NCBI RefSeq assembly: GCF_000281045.1
Contig: NW_008246070.1
Span: 1,100,193 to 1,164,192 of the forward strand
From: Saprolegnia diclina VS20
Taxonomy: Eukaryota
DNA: 64,000 bases
Reading direction: 5' to 3'
The notes under the pieces are model-generated. The model made no database searches and had not been told where the DNA came from. It saw only the letters and a list, made by a program, of their open reading frames with translations. Made by a program: the position numbers and the translations under genes. This document shows, piece after piece, positions 57,847 to 64,000 of the stretch; the first letter of the stretch is position 1; each line of letters opens with the position of its first letter.

Positions 57847-60800
57847 ATGCTGCTCCTGCGCCACGCTCTCGTCGCGTGGACGGCGCTGGCCGCCCTCGTC
57901 GACGCCGGCAAACTCAAGTTCCCGTCAGGCAGCCTCGTGCTCGTCGTCGGCGGCAACATCACGACCGGCGTCTCCTGCGACCCGCCGCCAACCTCGGACC
58001 TTCTGGTCAAGATGATCCTCACGAGCCGCGGTGGCGCTGACGTTGATAGCTTCCCCGTCATTACGCCCAACCCCGTGCGCATCCCCGCGGGTATTACCTA
58101 GCGTCGGTCGATGCTGTCGTCTCATCATACGACGGCGGTAGGCGCGAATGCATCGGCCTTCAACATTGTGGGCCACGGCGAAGGTCGCTACTACATCCAG
58201 TACCATCTCGCGGAAGGCCCGGTCTACGAGACCAACCACGACGAGTCGGTGATCCTCGTGCTCAACGCCAACGACGGCTGGGAAGGTATCTGGTTCCAAG
58301 TGCAGCTCAACGTTGCCGTCTTTGGCGCCGGCTTTCTCCTCTTCCTCTTTCGCCGCGTCTGGCCGCAGCTCGCAGTGCCCTTCTGGAACGCCCACCGCGA
58401 AGGACTCTTTGAAAAGTTCAACTACGAAGGCTTGACGTCCATCAAGTTCCAGGACAAGTACGCATCGATCTGTGCGCCCACGGTCTGCGAGCGCCTCCAG
58501 CGCTTCTTCGCGCTGCCGTGCGACAGCAAGGACGTCGTTGACATTGCCGGCGTCGACGCTGCGCTGAGCATGCATTTGCAAAAGGACATGGCCCACTTCT
58601 TCGCCATCATGAGCGTTCTCAGCATCGGCGTCCTCATGCCCATCGTACATCTTCCCTAGCATCCTAGAATCTCTCATTCGAATGGTGTATAGCACTACGT
58701 CTCGGGCCGCGACAGCCGCGACGGTAATATCGTCGCGTTCCAGCAGACGACGATCGGCAACGTGCCGCTCCAGAGCCCGTGGTACTGGGGCCACGTGGCC
58801 ATGTGCTATGTCACCGCCGCCCTCATCATCCTTCTCCTCAAGCGGTCTGTACAACCCGCCAATTGTTACCTTCATGTATTGCACTAGGCAAAATGCGGTC
58901 GGGCGCCGCTTGCACGTTGACGCCACGCGCATGCTCGGCGCACGCAGCATCCTCATTCACGCTGGCCTTCCGAAAGAGTGGAGCAGCTACCAGCTCAAGC
59001 GGCAGCTCGCAACGTTCTTTCCGGTCGACGACATCAAAACCGCGGTTGCTGTCCACGACCTCCAGGCGCTGTATCGAATTTTGGACGAGCGCGTCGCGCT
59101 CCGGAGCGAGTACAACCGCCTCTTGCAAACGTACGCCAAGCAGCAGTCCGGGACGCTCCCGAGCTTCATGCTTTGGTGCCCCGGGTCGTTTTGCTGTCCG
59201 TCGATCCCCAACGTCTTTCGCTCGTACACGCAGTGCCTTCCGTGCAAGGCGCTGTGCTGCGCGCGCTCGGGTGGGCGCCACCCGCTCGCGATCGAGTACT
59301 CGCCCAACCACAGCGGCGACCGCGACATTGAGCGCATTCTGGAGCTCGCTTTGCCGCGCGACCGCCAGCGCGCCGAAGCCATTCATCACCGCCTCAACTC
59401 GTTCCCCAAGGTACGTGCTTCCTCTCGCCTTTGTGGTCATTGAAGTGGCGTGCATCTAGCACGTTCTCGAGCTCTACGCGCAGCGGCGGGGTACGGGCGC
59501 GGCGTTTGTCGTCTTTCGCAGCGTACGTTCCACTGCTGTGGTCACGCAGACTATGGTTGTGTGCGTATAGACCGAGGCCAAAGGCCGGTTTTTGGAGCTC
59601 GTGGCCAAGGCAAAGCGCTCCAAGAAGCTGCTGCACTGGCCGCAAATCTCGCAGCGCGACTTGCTCGAGCTCGAGGAGAACGCCGAGCCGCAAGATCTGA
59701 GCGTGCTCAAGCCGCTTGTCGTGCAAAATGCGCCAGAGCCGCAAGACGTCAACTGGACCAATCTGGTACGATTGCAGATTGTATCTGGTCCTCGATCTGA
59801 CATGGTTCTGCAGACGTACCAGCCGCGGTCCATCAAGCGCTTTCTCAAGTTTATCTTTTACCAGTGCACGACGCTCTTCATTCTGGTTGTGTTTTCGACG
59901 CCGACCGCGGTCCTCATCTACGTCAACCTCGACAACGACAGCCCCGTGTACAAGCTCTTTACGCGCGAAGTCAACAACGTCGTGACCAAGTTTATCACGG
60001 CCTACTTGCCCTCGCTCATGCTCGTTCGTTGCGTGTTCCTCCTCAACCTTTGCGTACGCTGCGATGTAGATCATTGTCAACTGGTGCTTGCTCACGTGCC
60101 TATTTTACACGTCGTTTTTCGAGCCATGGCTCTCCGAGTCGGAGCGCCAGCGCAGTTTTCTGCGCAAGGGCTTTGCCTACCTCCTCCTCGTACGTCATTG
60201 TTGAGCTTGCGTTTTCCAAGCATCAAGGATAGAGCTCGATCATTTTGCCGTCGATCGGCGTCACGGCGGTCTACTTGGCGAACGGCCAAGGCGGCTTTGA
60301 CCGCGGGTCCGAAGTCGCGTACGTGGAGAAGTTTATGTTTCAATTGTGCCGCAATTTCTTCATCGCCTACGTCTGCCAGCGGTACCTTCGTCGGCTTGCT
60401 TCTTAGTACGTAATGACGGTGTCTAGGGCGTTTCTCGGGTCGATCTTCCAGCTACTGCGCATTGGCGAGCGCCTCGTGTACCAGCCGTGGTACTGTCGCT
60501 TCATCTCTGCATCATGTGGTCGTATCGGCGTCCTTAGGCTCAAGGCCCGCGCGATCACGGCCGCCGAAACCAAGGAAGCCGATTTGCCGTGGCCGTTCTA
60601 CTATGGCTACGATTACTCGATCGTGCTCAGGTACACATGGAAATGACGCGAGGTGGACGTACATGGACGCTATTCTCCTAGTGTCTTTATGGTCGCCCTC
60701 CTCGGCATTGTGCTCTCGCCACTCCTGACGCCGTTCGGTGCTCTCTACTTTTACATGAAGTTTTACACGATGAAGTACAACCTCCTGTACGTCCACCCGC

Positions 60801-61425
60801 GGAGCTCGGGGCGCGGCGACGTCGCGCGCTCAGCCTACAACATTGTGTTTGCATGCCTCCTCATCTTTGAGGTCGCTCTATACCCATCCAGCCGCCACCT
60901 CCTCACACGTGCACCTTGTAGGCGTGCGTGCTCTTTGTGATCCTCGAGGTCGGCCAGCGCGAGCAGTTTTTGGCCATGGCGCTCCTCGTGGCAGCCACGA
61001 TCGTTCTGTACTTTTCGTGGTACGACATGGAAGCGGATGGTTCGAATGGAGGGCTGAGGATCGAGTACAGGTGGCAGGAGCTCAACGAGAGCTTTGTGCC
61101 CGTGACGCCGGCGATCGCCAAGTACCTTCAGAAAGACTACAAGCGCGAGACGGCGCACAAGTCGCTCGTTGTGACGACGATGCGCCAGGGAAAACTGGCC
61201 GACATGAGCAACGACGAGCAGCTGCGGTATGCGTTTGGGCGGCTCATGGCCATGACAGCCGCGCTGCGCGAGAAGGACGAGAAGCGCGCGTACATCAACC
61301 CGTACGACGCTGGGCTCAAGGTGTTTTCGTGTCTCTACACGCAGCAGCAGCGCTGTGACGCAATGGAAGCCAAGCGCTACGCGTTCCAGCTCCTCAAGCG
61401 CAAGACGACGCTGCACACCAAGTAG
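57847..61425 (+). CDS. OSCA/TMEM63 (CSC1) mechanosensitive Ca2+-permeable channel with N-terminal ectodomain; about 12 exons
   Basis: AGVDAALSMHL, TTIGNVP..SPWYWGHV, G.GAAFVVF, APEPQDVNWTNL, FYYGYDYS, PLLTPFGALYFYMKFYTMKYNLLYV. Confidence 0.9.
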
Positions 61426-61551
61426 ACCCTTGCGAATTTACACGCGCGTTTCCTCCATATTGTTGAATTTTTCGTGGAGGAGCATGGGATTGCTGGGTGC
61501 GATTAGCCACATTGTCAGAGGTGAAATTGCATTTATTTTCGATCGGCGATC

Positions 61552-64000
61552 ATGGAAACGGTGAAGACGCACAGCGGCGAGGACCTGCACCTCTCGCTCG
61601 ACGCGCTCCTCGGGTCGCCGCATGATCGCATCCTGTACATGTACCTCTGCCAGCACGGGCTCGAGGCCGTCTACAACGTCGTCGCCGACATCTACAAGTA
61701 CAAGCGGCAGCCCGACGCGGCCAAGCGCCAAGAGCAGGTACTCCCACGATCCGATCTAAAGCTTGGCCTCATGGATCGCGGGCAGGCCGAGGCCATGGTG
61801 CGCAGCCACTTGATGCCCCCGGATGCGCGCCTTACGTCGTGCCTTGACGGCGGTCTGCTAACAACCCTCCTCGACGCGGTCGACCAGCGGACGACGACGC
61901 TCGACATGTGGCACGAGCTCGACACGTGCATCAAGGCGACGCTCGAGTGGTCGACCTTCTTTGGCAGCGATATGTTTGGCGACTTTTGCAACGCGATCCG
62001 CGAGCGCTACCCGCTGACGTTGCAGGATGTGCTTTGCGAGTGCAACCCGATCAAGCTCCGGTTCCTCGAGCAGTGGCTGCGCACGTTCCACCCGAATGGC
62101 GTGAGCAACCTCCTCTTCTGGGTCGACGTGCAAACAACGTTCGTACCGCTCGTGTCGCCGTCCATGACGTTCTCGCTGAGCCTTTTCGAGGAGATCCAAG
62201 TGACGGTCCGCCGCCTCTTCAACGTCTACTTGGCCGAAAACAACCACTCGATCGTCTCGGACGAGACGAAGAAGGACGTGCTCTCACGCATCCTCATGTA
62301 CCAAGGCGAGCCATTCTCGCCCCAGCGCTACGTGAGTCTCTTCAAGGGAGCGCAAGACCAAGTGCTCAAGTGGCTCAGCGCCAAGATTTTCCCCAATTTT
62401 CAAAATTCTCTCCACTGCATCCAGCTCCTCGTCGAGCTCGCGTGGCTCGACGACGACCTTCTTGGCCGAAAAGCATATGCGCCCAAGCGCGACCCCAAGC
62501 ACCTCGTGCTACTGCCGCTCTCGCCGGCTCTTGACGAGCATTCGTCTGCGCTGCCCAAAGGCTTTTGCATCGAGAGCTCACTGCCCGCGTCCGCATACAA
62601 CGTGGTCTGCGCGACCGATGCGCTCCTCGACCTCCACGTGATTGTGTTTGGCATCGGCGTTGCGCCCGCCAAGACGACCAGCACGACGTTCTATGCGACC
62701 GTGAATGACACGGCGTTCCAGTACGAGTTCCATCTGTGCTGCGGCGCCGACGACGTGCACGACGACATCAAGGTACTCACATCTGTCTGAGAGACGCTTA
62801 AGTGGTGGTGGCAGCAATTCTGCCTCGTGCGGGACCGCCTTCCGGTCGTCTTGCGACCGCGTCGCAGCAGCCCCGAAGCGCCCCGTGTCCACGCCTTTGC
62901 GTGTCCGACGCTGACGGGCATCCGGTACGGACTTTGCTTGACGACATGGCGCGTCAACAACGAGATCGATCCCGACCAGCTCGTCTTCCTCCCCATCTTC
63001 ACGTGTGTGCTCACGTCGACGTCGTTCTGGCACCTCGCACCGTTTCTTCAAGCGTCCTTGCCGTCCATTCCGCACGTACGATACATCATCCCGAGCAAAG
63101 GGATACAACCTAGTGGTCGCAGGACACGAAGGATGCCTCCGTGTGGGTCAAAGCCGTCGAAGACGCCCATCGGCAGTACCACGAAGCTCAGCAGCGCCAG
63201 CGCGAGATCGTCTTACAGCCACTGTATCGCGCGTTTACGCTCAGTATGCAGCTGCCGCCCGCCCAAGCGGCCGACGACGTCCCGAGCGCCCTCTTCCGCG
63301 ACCTCAACGTCCAGGTCCGCTGTTTCTATGTCTATAGACTCGAGCTGTTGTAGAACATTGTGCTGGCATTGACTGCGCTCCTCGTCGAGCACCGGGTGAT
63401 TCTAATCGCGCGCCAACGCGACACGCTCTTCACCGGCGCCGAGTCGCTTCTCCGGCTCTTTGCCCCCTTCCGCTTCAAAGTCGGACCCACTGTATTCTCT
63501 AGCCACCCATCGATCTTTTGTAGCATACGTACTTGCCCTTCTGCCCGACCAACGTCGCCGCGCAGCTCAAGCACGAAGGGCCCCTCTTGATCGGCCTCGA
63601 GGCGTCGATCCACCTTCGCCGCGCTGAGAACCACACGCACCGCATTCGTAACTCTCGTTCAAGGTTCGAGTGCCCCGTCCACCTGGCGACTAGGTAGCAG
63701 CTTGAGCAACCTCCAGCGTGCCAACATCGTTCTCAAGACACCGGACGAGTCCTTTACGTACCCGAGCGAGCTCTACGCAGCGCGGACCGTCCTTGTCGAC
63801 CTTGACCACGACGAAGTATACACACCGTTCAAACAAGACTTGCCCGAGCTGCCTCGTATGTACCAGAAGTGGTTTTACGGTCCTATGGCTTACATGACGC
63901 TAGTGGCCAAAGTGCGCAGCCTCGAACTCGCTTTGCGCGCCGTGCAGCACCCGCAACTCGCCCACGCCGACACGTATCTCTTTGCACCAGCCCCCAGTGT
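61552..64000 (+). CDS. RGS-domain + DENN-domain protein (runs off the 3' end of the window)
   Basis: RGS: FLEQWLRTFHPNGVSNLLFWVDVQ...RRLFNVYL...VSDETKKDV...LFKGAQDQVLKWLSAKIFPNFQNS. uDENN: HAFACPTLTGIRYGLCLT. cDENN: LFRDLNVQ|NIVLALTALLVEHRVILIARQRDTLFTGAESLLRLFAPFRFK|HTYLPF...PLLIGL. Confidence 0.85.

Overview
Eukaryotic, gene-dense genomic DNA with GC-rich coding regions and very short (about 43-60 nt) GT-AG introns. It is most consistent with an oomycete of the Saprolegniales (Saprolegnia/Achlya-like), judged from gene families such as an LRR-TM-TKL kinase, a WRKY19-like CHGGG repeat protein, temptin and PPR-TGM, and from an INR-FPR core promoter. About 34 protein-coding genes can be supported. 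I found no rRNA, tRNA, CRISPR array or intact transposon. Housekeeping genes include FTase-beta, STOML2, GOT2, DAHP synthase, a GPH sugar transporter, an OSCA channel, an HSF, an F-box/LRR protein and a CAMK. The most notable items are: (1) a receptor-like kinase whose ectodomain is built from ten consecutive 63-69 nt phase-2/phase-2 exons, one LRR per exon; (2) an RGS-DENN fusion; (3) an Hsp70/Hsp110-type ATPase lacking the substrate-binding beta domain and fused to a carboxylate-clamp TPR; (4) a Raw/OLRN-1-like protein with tandem NDT-fold domains; (5) a NEMP nuclear-envelope protein ending in a CaaX box; (6) a DAHP synthase with an N-terminal hydrophobic anchor; (7) Tudor-HNH and PPR-TrmB fusions. 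Gene models were spliced by eye and family calls come from motif recognition, not database searches.
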